From a candidate division FCPU426 bacterium (GTDB taxonomy: Bacteria; Oederibacteriota; Muellerivitia; Muellerivitales; Muellerivitaceae), in the NCBI GenBank assembly GCA_963796105.1, contig CAWCKJ010000012.1:224001-288000 (forward strand): DNA of 64,000 bases, given 5' to 3'. The notes beneath the pieces are model-generated. The model worked only from the letters and a program-made list of their open reading frames with translations. It was not told the DNA's origin and ran no database searches. The translations under genes and the position numbers were made by a program. Positions 18,425 to 29,100 of this stretch are shown here, piece by piece (position 1 is the stretch's first letter; each line of letters starts with the position of its first letter).

Positions 18425-19179
18425 GAGGGCTGCTCCAGGGGGGGAGTTTTTATCTTCCTGAAATCGAACCAGACATCCAGGACTCCAAGGCAACAAACGG
18501 TGATCGACAGGAAATAAATGACGATGACATAGGAAACCCACCTCAGCATCCGGGGCAGTTTCCATTTGTGGAAAAAGAACGCTACGATGCTGAAACCGAA
18601 GAAGCAGTAAAAACCGCCGAAAAACACCAGGAGATTGTCCCCCAGGATGTCCAGGGGGCCGTCCAACGGCGCGAACAGCTTGATGAGGCACCCCAGGATG
18701 AAACCGAAAACCAGGGGTTCCGGCACGATCCACTCCCGGAACGCCATGGGAAAGGCGACCCGGCTGGTGACCTTCTGGAGGAACGCGGAAGTGACGTAAT
18801 AGGAAAAGAAGCCGATCAACAGGCAGGAGATTCCCAGGTGGGCGGGAAAAGACCATGCGAAATACCGGTTAAAATAGGGCTGCCATTGTTTCAAGTTCTC
18901 ATCCGTAAAACCGGAGCTATGGAATAAGGGGACTAAATCCGTATTCCAATAGTCATCCATGGATTTCAGGAGAAGGGCCCAAACCGAGTCAACATGACTG
19001 ATTTTCGCGAGGAAAAAAAGAAAGGCCGTAACCAACAACAGGCAGGCGAAGGTCCCGAACACAACCACCATAAAAGGTTTGAGTTTCCGGAGCAAAGCCC
19101 AGGCTGAAGCTAGGCAAGCCACCCCAAGGAGAAAGGTGAAGGAAACCAGTTTCAGCAAAAAGCCGATAAGAATGTCCAT
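18421..19179 (-). CDS. DUF2232/YybS-family membrane protein
   Basis: Multiple TM segments, LGVLDVWFDFRK ending, and the usual position between rpsR and rplI. Confidence 0.85.
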   Translation of the reverse strand: MDILIGFLLKLVSFTFLLGVACLASAWALLRKLKPFMVVVFGTFACLLLVTAFLFFLAKISHVDSVWALLLKSMDDYWNTDLVPLFHSSGFTDENLKQWQPYFNRYFAWSFPAHLGISCLLIGFFSYYVTSAFLQKVTSRVAFPMAFREWIVPEPLVFGFILGCLIKLFAPLDGPLDILGDNLLVFFGGFYCFFGFSIVAFFFHKWKLPRMLRWVSYVIVIYFLSITVCCLGVLDVWFDFRKIKTPPLEQPS

Positions 19180-19196
19180 CGAAAAACCTTATATTT

Positions 19197-19493
19197 TCAG
19201 GGGTTGGAAAACGGGAGAAGGGCGATATTACGGGCGCGTTTGATGGCTTTCGTCAGCTCCCGCTGGTGGCTGGCGCAGGTCCCGGTCATGCGGCTGGGAA
19301 CAATTTTTCCCCTCTCGCTTACGAAACTGCGCAGACGGTTCACGTCTTTGTAATCAATCGCGACGATCTTTTCCATGCAAAACCTGCAGGATTTGCGCCG
19401 CGGCCTGCGGAAACGGGCATTGAATGGGGCGCCGGGTCCGCCGCGCCCCTCTGAACGGGGTGATTTTGAGTCTTTCTTTTCTCTGGTTTCCAT
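19197..19493 (-). CDS. rpsR: 30S ribosomal protein S18
   Basis: [24 protein letters not shown] and [11 protein letters not shown]. Confidence 0.98.
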   Translation of the reverse strand: METREKKDSKSPRSEGRGGPGAPFNARFRRPRRKSCRFCMEKIVAIDYKDVNRLRSFVSERGKIVPSRMTGTCASHQRELTKAIKRARNIALLPFSNP

Positions 19494-19545
19494 TTTTAAC
19501 TCCTTGGTATTAGCATTTTAATTTTGTTTTCGTTAATGCTGTTTT

Positions 19546-19971
19546 TTAAAAGGGGATGTCTTCCTCACTGCCGGCCGAAGCCGGGGCCTGTGGCGTTCCC
19601 TCTTCCTCTCCTGGCTCGTGGGCGCCTTCACCTGAAGCCTTTCCTCTGTTCAAGAATTGGACTCTTTCCGCCACGACTTCCAGGATGCTCCGTTTTTGCT
19701 TGTCCTCGGTCTCCCAGGAGCGGCTTTGGAGGCGGCCCTCCACGAAAATCGGGTCCCCTTTTTTCTTGTATTCCCCGATGGCTTCTGCTTGTTTTCCCCA
19801 CACTACTACCCTGACAAAGCAAACGTCCTCTTTTTTCTCCCCGGACTGCTGCTGGTAGGTCCGGTTGATGGCAAGACTAAAATTCGCCACAGGCGACCCC
19901 CCGGCGGTGAAGCGCAATTCCGGGTCTTTCGTCAGGTTCCCCATCAGCATAACTTTATTTAAGTTTGGCAT
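19546..19971 (-). CDS. ssb: Single-stranded DNA-binding protein
   Basis: NKVMLMGNLTKDPELRFT, VEGRLQSRSW and C-terminal DIPF. Confidence 0.98.
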   Translation of the reverse strand: MPNLNKVMLMGNLTKDPELRFTAGGSPVANFSLAINRTYQQQSGEKKEDVCFVRVVVWGKQAEAIGEYKKKGDPIFVEGRLQSRSWETEDKQKRSILEVVAERVQFLNRGKASGEGAHEPGEEEGTPQAPASAGSEEDIPF

Positions 19972-19987
19972 AGGACCTTTCCTTTAT

Positions 19988-20455
19988 TTAGGCTGGTTCA
20001 ACCGGTGGAGCGGCTGGGGCAGTAGGGACAGCAGGGGTTTCAGGCGCTGGTTTAGGCGCCTGCGGGGCCGAGGTTGTGCGGAGCCCGGTAGTTGGCCTGT
20101 GGCCGTGGGAAGGACCCTCGGTCGTGGAGGTCTTGATCCTCGGCGGCTTCACTTTGGCTTTCAGGTGGCTGATATCGTCCAGGACGATCATGTACTTGAT
20201 GACTTTTTCCAATAGGCGGAAGTTACGCCCCAGCTCCGCGACGGCATCCGGGGGCAGGGTGACATGGTAAAACACGAAATGGCCGTCCCGGTGTCTTTTC
20301 ACCGAATAGGCCAAGCGCCTTTTTCCCCAATCGTCCTTTTTCAAAATGGAACCTTTTGAATCCGCAATGACTTTTTCCACTTTGGATGAGACAACTTCCA
20401 TTTCCTCAGTAGTGGAACCGGGATCCAAAATATAGATGACATCATATTTATTCAT
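19988..20455 (-). CDS. rpsF: 30S ribosomal protein S6 with Pro/Ala/Thr-rich C-terminal extension
   Basis: MNKYDVIYIL and DDWGKRRLAYSV; first gene of rpsF-ssb-rpsR. Confidence 0.96.
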   Translation of the reverse strand: MNKYDVIYILDPGSTTEEMEVVSSKVEKVIADSKGSILKKDDWGKRRLAYSVKRHRDGHFVFYHVTLPPDAVAELGRNFRLLEKVIKYMIVLDDISHLKAKVKPPRIKTSTTEGPSHGHRPTTGLRTTSAPQAPKPAPETPAVPTAPAAPPVEPA

Positions 20456-20540
20456 GAACAGCCTCCCTATGGATTCTCCATATAAATGGAGATAGCCCAG
20501 TCCTTAAAAGCGACTATTCAGACCGGGCAGGGCTTCGTAA
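20456..20540 (-). promoter_or_regulatory. Putative S6:S18 autoregulatory leader
   Basis: Minus strand CCCT-GCCCGGTC...GACTGGGC stem with a CCC that can pair with the GGGAGG SD of rpsF. Confidence 0.45.
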
Positions 20541-20728
20541 GAAACCAAGCGGGCTTCCTCAAAGCAGGGGTGGAGTATATTCCCGGATACCTTGGACTTG
20601 CAAGGCGAAAAAACCCTCAATTACGCTGGAATTCTTCCCATCGGAAGCCTTTCAGGCGAAGTCAGGCGTACCAACCCACGCGACAGTTTAAGGGGAGGGT
20701 GTACACGGGAAGGAGGAATTTGGACTCA

Positions 20729-22390
20729 CTACCCTCGCTCCAGCCTCAAGGTCTCCGGAACTGAGTCGGCCACCTCGGTTGGCCCCCAAAATTGGATGGG
20801 GCCGGGGCTTTGGAAATCATCCTCCAGGGCCCATTTTTTGCGCAAAGCCGCGAAAGTCCTGAATGGCTTTCCTTTCAGCTCCGTCAGCGCCTTTTGAATG
20901 ACCGGCTTTTCTTTGCCGTGGCGGCGCTCCAGGTTCATCATCATGGTCAAGGGCACTCCCCCGGCTTTCCACTGGACGGCCGGCTTCAACAGGTCCTGGA
21001 CGCTGGACAGGTAGCCGGTCAATCCCGCGGCCGTCAGGTAGGCGGCCGTGAACCCCAGGGAGTAGCAATAGTCGGCGTCGAAATTGGATGGCGCCGCGCA
21101 ACGGCCTTCGTAACCGAAGAAATGGCCCAAGCCGGAAAACTTGCCGTTGAACTTCCCTTCCCGCTTCCAATGCCTTAGCTTTATTTCCACTGTTTCAATC
21201 AGGAGCTTCTCGGTTTCGATCTTCGACACCTGCACGTTTCCATGCGGGTCCCGGTCGGCTAGGAGCTGGGCCTGGATCGAGTGCGGCAAGGAATGAAAAG
21301 CTTTTTTCGAATCTTCGCCCAGGCGTTCCTTCACAAAGACAATCTTGGCTTCCGGGGTATCCAGTTTCTCGAACTCCGCGTTCTCAGCCAAAAAATCATT
21401 CAATTCCCCAATGAGCTTCTTCATCTCGGGGATGAATTCCAACAGGCCCTCGGGAACGATGGCGACGCCGTAATTCTTTTTCTTTTCAGCGCGGTCCGCC
21501 ACGACCTTGGCGATCTGCTCGGTAATCTGGTCTAAGGTAAACTGGTTGGCTTCCACTTCCTCCGAGACCAAGCAAATATTGGGATGGACCTTCAACGCCA
21601 CTTCCAACGCGATGTGGCTGGCGGAACGACCCATGACCTTGATGAAATGCCAGTATTTTTTCGCCGACAGGCAGTCCCGGCCGACATTTCCCGCGAGCTC
21701 GGCGTAAACTTTCGTGGCTGTGTCGAAACCAAAGCTGACCTCGATTTGCTGGTTCTTCAGGTCCCCGTCGATGGTCTTGGGACAGCCGATGACACGAAGG
21801 GGGATTTGGTGGGCCTTGAAATACTCGGACAATATGGCCGCGTTCGTGTTTGAATCGTCCCCCCCCACCACCACGAGCGCGGAGATACCCTCCTTCGTCA
21901 AATTCTGGCGCACGGCCTCAAATTGCTCATGAGTCTCCAGCTTGGTGCGGCCTGAACCAATGATATCGAACCCGCCTGTGTTGCGGTAATCCGCAAGCAA
22001 TTTTTCCGTGATCTCGATTCTTTTATTCTCGACCAGGCCGGAAGGACCGCCCAGGAAACCGTAAAGCGTGTTTTTAGGGTTCAGCTTTTTGAGCCCGTCG
22101 AAAAGGCCTGCCACCACGTTATGCCCTCCGGGAGCTTGGCCCCCGGAAAGAACCAGGGCCGCCTTCAGGGGCTTGTTTAGGGAAGCCGGTGCCTTTCCCG
22201 CGATAAAGGACACCTCGGACTGGCCATAGGTGTTGGGAAAAAGTTTTTGGATAGGGGCGCGCGCGCTTTCGGAACGCGTCGTCCGGCCGGTTTTAATTCC
22301 GACTTTCAAGGGGTTGCCGCTGAAAACCTTGGGCAGCTTGGGCTTATAACTCGCGCGGCCGGCTTGCAAGGGAGATACATTCGATTTCAT
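20729..22390 (-). CDS. pfp: PPi-dependent 6-phosphofructokinase (long clade)
   Basis: SGGQAPGGHN, GGDDSNTNAA, PKTIDGDLKN, MGRSASH and GYEGRC. Confidence 0.95.
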   Translation of the reverse strand: MKSNVSPLQAGRASYKPKLPKVFSGNPLKVGIKTGRTTRSESARAPIQKLFPNTYGQSEVSFIAGKAPASLNKPLKAALVLSGGQAPGGHNVVAGLFDGLKKLNPKNTLYGFLGGPSGLVENKRIEITEKLLADYRNTGGFDIIGSGRTKLETHEQFEAVRQNLTKEGISALVVVGGDDSNTNAAILSEYFKAHQIPLRVIGCPKTIDGDLKNQQIEVSFGFDTATKVYAELAGNVGRDCLSAKKYWHFIKVMGRSASHIALEVALKVHPNICLVSEEVEANQFTLDQITEQIAKVVADRAEKKKNYGVAIVPEGLLEFIPEMKKLIGELNDFLAENAEFEKLDTPEAKIVFVKERLGEDSKKAFHSLPHSIQAQLLADRDPHGNVQVSKIETEKLLIETVEIKLRHWKREGKFNGKFSGLGHFFGYEGRCAAPSNFDADYCYSLGFTAAYLTAAGLTGYLSSVQDLLKPAVQWKAGGVPLTMMMNLERRHGKEKPVIQKALTELKGKPFRTFAALRKKWALEDDFQSPGPIQFWGPTEVADSVPETLRLERG

Positions 22391-22592
22391 GAGGCCCTCC
22401 GGAAATAGGTTTCAAAAGTGGGTGTCATTATAAACTTCTTTCAGGGACTGCTTTTGGATAATTTCTTCAAAAAAACGGCAAGACAAAAATCAAGAACACC
22501 TAAATTTATAAACCCGGGGAAAATTTTCAGTTATTGGAAAATTACGCAGGTTTGAAACCAAGGAATTCGGAAGTGCCCCAGCTGGAAAACTC

Positions 22593-24326
22593 TCAATTCA
22601 CTTTCGCGGGTAGCACCTCATAAATGCTAACTGTATTCCATTCCTCCAGCAAACGAAGCCCCGTTATATTGCCGGGAAAATGAAATTGGGCGAGTTGCAG
22701 CTCAGGATCCCGATCCGGCTGCTGGTCCACCAAGAAATAGGCTTTATGGGCCAGGATATAACGGATTCCAAAATCCTGGAGCAATCGCACAGTCAATGGC
22801 GAGGTGAAATCACGCATATTTCGCCGCAAGCGGGATTCTACGCTTTGGGGGTTCTTGTAAGGAAAGTCCAGATTAAACAAGCGCTTTCCATGGTATGTCT
22901 GCCACAGAAGGTAAAACGGCTCAAATTCATACTTTTGCGTGCTGATGGGATATTCAGCGATAATAAAATGACCCGGTTGATTTTTCAGCCATTCATATTC
23001 GGGGGGTATTTTACTAACGTCATAAATTCTGCTTGAGGTAGGACAATAAAGCTCAAATCCCGCAGCCGCAAACAAGACCGCGAGTAAAGCACATCGTTTC
23101 CAAAGGCTCGCGGGTGAAATGTAGGAACAGGTCAAAGCCGCCAACAAGCAAAAACACAAGGATACCAACAAACCAAAACGGGCGTAAAAACGAAAAACGG
23201 GAAACAGGCAATAAAGGAGAAGATTCGGCCATGGTAGTATTATTTTTCCGAATATGGGGTTCAGACACATAAGTCCCGCGCCGACTCCCATCCAAATAAC
23301 AGAAAACCAAATCTTTCTATCAGTTATTCCGCGGTCTTTCCAAATGATCCAAATGGCCGCTAGAGCCATCAACCACGCAACATAACCCGGATTGACGATA
23401 TCGTCGATATACCAAGTATAGGGTTTTAAATGCCCCATCCATTCATGGACCCAGGCGCCCCACAAGGGATGGTAATAGGTCGGAATGAAAAAATGAATCC
23501 AACTATCGGTTCCAAGGTTGAAATCTATCAACTTGGGCACTCTCGTAAAATGATCCACAAGGGTCATTCTGTCGCGAAAAACCCACTGATCCCAAAGGGC
23601 TGGAATAATCGCGATGACATGAAGGAAGATGAACAGCCAAAATGAAGCGGTGGTTGTTTTAAAGCCCCTTTTAAAATAATAATCCCGAACCCAAAATAAG
23701 GTGAGAACGGCTGAACCAAGCCCCGCCATGAAACCAATCACGAAACTGAAGTTGAAAAGGATAAAAAATGCTGCTCCAGCCCATAAGGCCGTGAACCTGC
23801 CTGGTTTTTTGTAATATCGGTATAAAGCCAACCCATAAAGGGGAACCCACTGGATGGCAGCCATTTCGATATAGGCCCCGGCTTTTGAAAAATGCCAGGG
23901 ACTGAACATGTAAAGAAACCCGCCCAAGAGGCTTCCCCCTACCGACCCGGTCATTTCATACGCCAAAAGATAAAAGAACCACCCACTCAAGGGGAAGGTA
24001 TAGGCAATCATCCAATTGGAGGATGTGATGGGGCTGAGGTTTTTCGCCAAAAAGCCACCCATGCAGTCAAAAAACCTTTGCGGGGGAAACTGGGTGTCCC
24101 ATCCCCATGGCGCGTTCAACTGGTCCCAATGGCGGTTCAGGAAAAGCCAGTCATGATTTTGAAAAAGGCACCAAAAGCGGTGCAAGCTGAACTCAATGTC
24201 CGAATCGAGGCCGTAAATCCGGAAGGGACCGAGAAAAAACAAGGGATAGGTGTATAGGATAGAAACCAGAAGATAAAAAAGCGGAACGGCTATTTTGACG
24301 CGCGCGGAACGGCCATCAAGATTCAT
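22593..24326 (-). CDS. Polytopic membrane protein, GT-C/YfhO-like glycosyltransferase
   Basis: More than 10 TM segments; FSPWH, FRFYARF, YEWLK, IAEYP and WQTYHGKRLFN motifs. Confidence 0.6.
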   Translation of the reverse strand: MNLDGRSARVKIAVPLFYLLVSILYTYPLFFLGPFRIYGLDSDIEFSLHRFWCLFQNHDWLFLNRHWDQLNAPWGWDTQFPPQRFFDCMGGFLAKNLSPITSSNWMIAYTFPLSGWFFYLLAYEMTGSVGGSLLGGFLYMFSPWHFSKAGAYIEMAAIQWVPLYGLALYRYYKKPGRFTALWAGAAFFILFNFSFVIGFMAGLGSAVLTLFWVRDYYFKRGFKTTTASFWLFIFLHVIAIIPALWDQWVFRDRMTLVDHFTRVPKLIDFNLGTDSWIHFFIPTYYHPLWGAWVHEWMGHLKPYTWYIDDIVNPGYVAWLMALAAIWIIWKDRGITDRKIWFSVIWMGVGAGLMCLNPIFGKIILPWPNLLLYCLFPVFRFYARFGLLVSLCFCLLAALTCSYISPASLWKRCALLAVLFAAAGFELYCPTSSRIYDVSKIPPEYEWLKNQPGHFIIAEYPISTQKYEFEPFYLLWQTYHGKRLFNLDFPYKNPQSVESRLRRNMRDFTSPLTVRLLQDFGIRYILAHKAYFLVDQQPDRDPELQLAQFHFPGNITGLRLLEEWNTVSIYEVLPAKVN

Positions 24327-24661
24327 GAAAAAATTTCCTGCCTGATTTTTAAACGGTTCCGGTAAGGCGCGGATAAAGGGAACATGATCCCGCCGACCTA
24401 TTAATTTATTTGATAATCCGGAAAGGGTAAACCACCCGCCAAACCAGCCTCATTATGCCATCCCTTCTTTCTTTGTTTAAACAATAAACCAAAACCATTT
24501 CTTCCCCTGGCCGCGGTGCGTTTCAAAAACGATCCGGCAAGGATATCCCCAGCCCCAAGTTAAGCTTGCTAATTCAATGTTTATTTTGTAATAGTAAAGG
24601 CTCGCTTTCGGCCCCGAAAGGGAGCGGGACTGGAAATATAAAAAGAGAGAAGGATGGGAAA

Positions 24662-25729
24662 ATGAACATATCTGATATCGAGAAACATTTAGGAAAAGAC
24701 GCCAAGGATCTCCTGGGCTACCAATGCAAGGGGATCTCCAAAAACGATCTTCATATCCCCAGTGGCGATTGGGTGGACCGCATTTTCGCGCAGTCGGACC
24801 GCAACAACCGCGTTCTTTCCAGCCTGCAGTGGCTTTACTCCAACGGGCGCTTGTCCGGAACCGGTTATGTCTCCATTCTGCCGGTGGACCAGGGAATAGA
24901 ACACTCAGCCGGGGCCTCCTTCGCCAAAAACCCAGTTTATTTCGATCCTGAGAATATCATCAAGCTCGCGATTGAGGGCGGATGCAACGCGGTGGCTTCC
25001 ACCCTGGGCGTCATGGGCATCGTGTCCCGCAAATTGGCGCATAAGATTCCCTTCATTGTCAAGCTCAACCACAACGAGCTCCTGACCTATCCGAACAAAG
25101 CCTCGGAGTTTTACTTCGCCTCCGTCAAGCAGGCTTACGACATGGGCGCGGCCGGAATCGGGGCCACGATCTATTTCGGAAGCGACGACGCCCAGAAGGA
25201 AATCGAGGAGACTTCCAAGGCGTTCCAACAGGCCCATGAGCTGGGGTTGTTCACTGTTCTCTGGTGCTACCTGCGTAATAAGGCCTTCAAGACCAAGGAA
25301 AAGGATTATCACGTCTCGGCGGACTTGTCCGGGCAGGCCAATCACCTGGGCTGCACCATCGAGGCCGATATCATTAAGCAAAAGCTCCCTGAAAACAACG
25401 GGGGCTTCGTGTTCTTGAACCAGGAATCCAACTACGGCAAGTTTGACAAGCGCATGTATGACACACTTTGCCCCGACCACCCCATCGAATGGACCCGCTG
25501 GCAGGCGGCCAACTGCTACATGGGCCGGGCGGGGTTGATCAATTCCGGCGGCGCTTCTGGCGAGAACGACTTTGGGGAGGCTGTCAGGACGGCTGTCATC
25601 AACAAGCGCGCTGGCGGTATGGGACTCATTTCCGGACGCAAGGCGTTCCAAAGGCCGATGGCCGAGGGCGCGAAGCTCCTGCAGACCATCCAGGACGTTT
25701 ACCTCTGCAAGGAAGTGACAGTCGCTTGA
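24662..25729 (+). CDS. fbaB: Class I fructose-bisphosphate aldolase
   Basis: [24 protein letters not shown] (Schiff-base Lys) and [12 protein letters not shown]; start likely 24662. Confidence 0.96.
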   Translation: MNISDIEKHLGKDAKDLLGYQCKGISKNDLHIPSGDWVDRIFAQSDRNNRVLSSLQWLYSNGRLSGTGYVSILPVDQGIEHSAGASFAKNPVYFDPENIIKLAIEGGCNAVASTLGVMGIVSRKLAHKIPFIVKLNHNELLTYPNKASEFYFASVKQAYDMGAAGIGATIYFGSDDAQKEIEETSKAFQQAHELGLFTVLWCYLRNKAFKTKEKDYHVSADLSGQANHLGCTIEADIIKQKLPENNGGFVFLNQESNYGKFDKRMYDTLCPDHPIEWTRWQAANCYMGRAGLINSGGASGENDFGEAVRTAVINKRAGGMGLISGRKAFQRPMAEGAKLLQTIQDVYLCKEVTVA

Positions 25730-25743
25730 AGGAAGGTTGAACC

Positions 25744-25780
25744 AAAGCCCCTGGTTTCTAGGAAGCCAGGGGCTTTTTTT
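25744..25780 (+). terminator. Rho-independent terminator after fbaB
   Basis: AAAGCCCCTGGTTTC-TAG-GAAGCCAGGGGCTTT followed by a T run. Confidence 0.85.
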
Positions 25781-25825
25781 ATGTCATGATATGTTTTTCA
25801 ATAGTGAGGATTAGGAGGGGACCCA

Positions 25826-26014
25826 ATGGTTGAAATCACGGTGGTGATAGGCCATCGGGGAGGCGGTCAGATACTTGGCGTCTTTACCGACAAAAGAAAA
25901 ATCAAGGCTTTGCGGGAAATCACCAAGCGATTTCAGGAAGAGGGATACGTGAGTTTCGAGAAGCTGAAGTTGAACGAATTTCAGTTCAAACGGTTCGGCC
26001 TTTATTTTAAATGA
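25826..26014 (+). CDS. Small hypothetical protein (62 aa)
   Basis: Strong SD AGGAGG; ORF fills an intergenic gap. Confidence 0.55.
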   Translation: MVEITVVIGHRGGGQILGVFTDKRKIKALREITKRFQEEGYVSFEKLKLNEFQFKRFGLYFK

Positions 26015-26174
26015 AGGCGGTCATTCTTCAAAACGATACCTCTCGGCCGGTTCCGCCCAAATTTCATGGACCCGAATCTTTCCCTAGTTCTTTTACATGC
26101 ATTGAACGGTGAAAAAACAAAACCCCTTAATTCCTATGGAATAAAGAGGTTTAAGCCTTCAAACGAAGGTTATT

Positions 26175-29100
26175 TCAATGGACGACTAAAATTTTCCCTA
26201 TTTTACGGACGGTACCGTTGGCGCCCTGCGCCTCCAGCACATAGAGATACAACCCGCTGGCCACACCCTGGCCCCCCTGGTTCTTCACATCCCATGCCAT
26301 TTTGTTGGCTCCCTCGCTCCCCTGCGCCCCCTTCTCGTAAACCAATTCACCTGTCATCGTGTAGATCCTCAAGGTCACCCTCGCCGCCTGGCTGAGCGTG
26401 TATTGGATAGCTACCGCCTCCCCGCCTCTGGAAATATTCGGCCCAGCCACCACATTCTTCATCACCGCCCCTGACACCCCCGTCGGTGTCGGCCCATTCA
26501 TCACCACTCCACTCACACTCAACGACGCCCCTGTCCCCGCCGCGCATTGGAACGCCAACAACCTGTTTTCATTCTGGTCCGTCACATACAATACCCCTCC
26601 CACCGCCTGGATCCCGAATGGATTGATAAAACTATTCGCCTTCACTACTGTCGACGATGAATAACTCGTCATATTCGGCTGTCCCAATACCACCGCCGCC
26701 GGCGGATTCGCCGTGCCGGTCGGGATCTGGTTGTAAACCAATACCCGCTCGCTTCCCGTATCCGCGATATACATCTGGCAATTCACCGCGCATACTCCCA
26801 TCGGACCGTTCAACTGCGTCGCCGAACACCCATTCGCGTTCGTCGTGAAGCTTTTTTGTCCCACTACCGCGTCCGCCGCCGGGTTGTTCCCGCTTATACT
26901 GTCTATCCCGCTTCCCCCATTATTGTAAATCAACACCCGGTGGTTTCCCGTATCCGCCACATATAGGTTCCCGCTGTCCACCCACAATCCCTTCGGCCCC
27001 GACAATTCTTGCGACGTTACCCCGCTCATTCCGCTGTTAGCCTTGTAACTCGTGAATGTCCCTTGCCCTATCACTTCATCCGCGCTCGCTCCATTCACCG
27101 TCGGCAGTGTGTTGTACACCAGTATCCGGTTGTTATCCAAGTCATCTATAAACAGCCTTGTCCCGTCATAAAATACCCCTGTCGGCGCGTATAACGTATT
27201 CGCCCCGGGCGTCAGCGTCACCCCTTGGTTCGGCTTGTTGCTCACCATGTCCGCCTGCCCGATCACCACGTCCGCTGACCCGTTCGTCGCCCCTAAAGTA
27301 CTTATATTGTTGTAGATCAATACACGGTTGTTCCCTTGGTCCGCCACTATCACTCTTGTCCCATCAGTCCATATCCCCATCGGTGTATTCAATGTGTTCG
27401 AATTTGCCGCCGTTCCCTGGTTCGCCACACTTCCCGTAAATGCCGACTGGCCGATCACCTGCACCGCGCTGGGTTGTATGGCGTTGGGCACAGGACTATA
27501 TACCAGGATCCGGTGACTCCCCGTATCCGCCACTACCATCACGTTCCCAGCCTGGAACACTCCCTCCGGCGAGTGCAATGAGCTCGCGCTTATCGTTGTC
27601 GCGCTGCTTTGCGTCAATGACGCCTGACCTACCGCCCAGCTGGCCGACTGGTCCGTTGAAACACTGCATCCCCCGCACCCAGGCAGCGGCGTTGCCGTCG
27701 GTACTGGCGTCACTGTCGCTGTCGGACTAGAAGTCGGCGTCCAGGTACAGGTGTTTGTCGCCGTGGGCAGCGGCGTCTTCGTTGAAGTCGGTGTATAGCT
27801 ATCCGTCGGCGTATTCGTTGATGTCCTCGTCATGGTCCAAGTCGGGCTGTTCGTCGCGCTCGGTGTGTTGCTCGGCGTATAGGTGTTCGTCTGAGTCCTT
27901 GTATTTGTCGGTGTATATGTGTCCGTCGGCGTCCACGTATTCGTCTGTGTCTTCGTGTTTGTCGGCGTCCATGTGTCTGTGGGTGTTGGGCTCATCGTCC
28001 CCGTCTTCGTCGCTGTCGGCGTGTTTGTGGAAGTGTACGTATTTGTCTGCGTCTGGGTGTTCGTCGCCGTTCTAGTCGAGGTCGGGCTGAATGTCGCCGT
28101 CTGTGTGTAAGTATCTGTCCACGTGAAAGTCGGCGTCGGCGTATTCGTGTCCGGCGGCGTATTCGTCGCAGTCGGCGTGTTCGTCTGCGTCTTGGTATTC
28201 GTCGCCGTATAGGTATTTGTCGGCGTATAAGTATTGGTTGCCGTGCGCGTGGACGTCGGCGTATAGCTTTGCGTCGCCGTATAAGTGTCCGTCCATGTAA
28301 ATGTCTCAGTCGGCGTATTCGTGGATGTCCAGGTGTTCGTCTGCGTATAAGTGTTCGTCACGGTCGCCGTGGGGCTGTTCGTCCTCGTATTCGTCGCCGT
28401 ATAGGTGTTTGTCAGCGTATAGGTATTCGTGACTGTCGGGCTGTTCGTGAAAGTGCTCGTCGGCGGCTGTGTCCCCGTGGGCGTCAAGGTCACCGTCGGC
28501 GTCCAGGTCCTTGTGTTCGTCACCGTCGGGCTCGGCGTCGGTGTGGACGTATTCGTCCAGGTGTTCGTCGCCGTATAGGTGTTCGTTACAGTGGGCGTAG
28601 GTGTGGGTGTCCTCGTATTCGTCGCCGTATAAGTATTCGTCCAGGTGTTCGTGGGAGTGGGCGTGTTGCTGGGTGTCGGGCTATTCGTCGGTGTATGCGT
28701 GTTCGTCGCCGTATTCGTCGGCGTATTTGTTTTGGTGTTCGTCGGGGTGTTCGTATAAGTCGGCGTCGCCGACTGTGTTCCCGTGGATGTGTTTGTTGGC
28801 GTGAAAGTTGCCGTATAGGTGTTCGTTACAGTGTTGGTCGGGGTGTTCGTCCGCGTGTTTGTCGCCGTATAGGTGTTCGTCACCGTGTTGGTTGGCGTGG
28901 AAGTCCTCGTATTCGTCGCCGTATAGGTGTTCGTCCAGGTGTTCGTCGCGGTGGGCGTGTACGTATTCGTGGATGTCGACGTCGCTGTATAAGTGTTCGT
29001 CGGGGTAGGAGTCGGCGTATTTGTCCTCGTACTCGTTGCCGTATAGGTGTTCGTCCAAGTGTTCGTCGGAGTAGGCGTGTACGTATTCGTGGGTGTCGAC

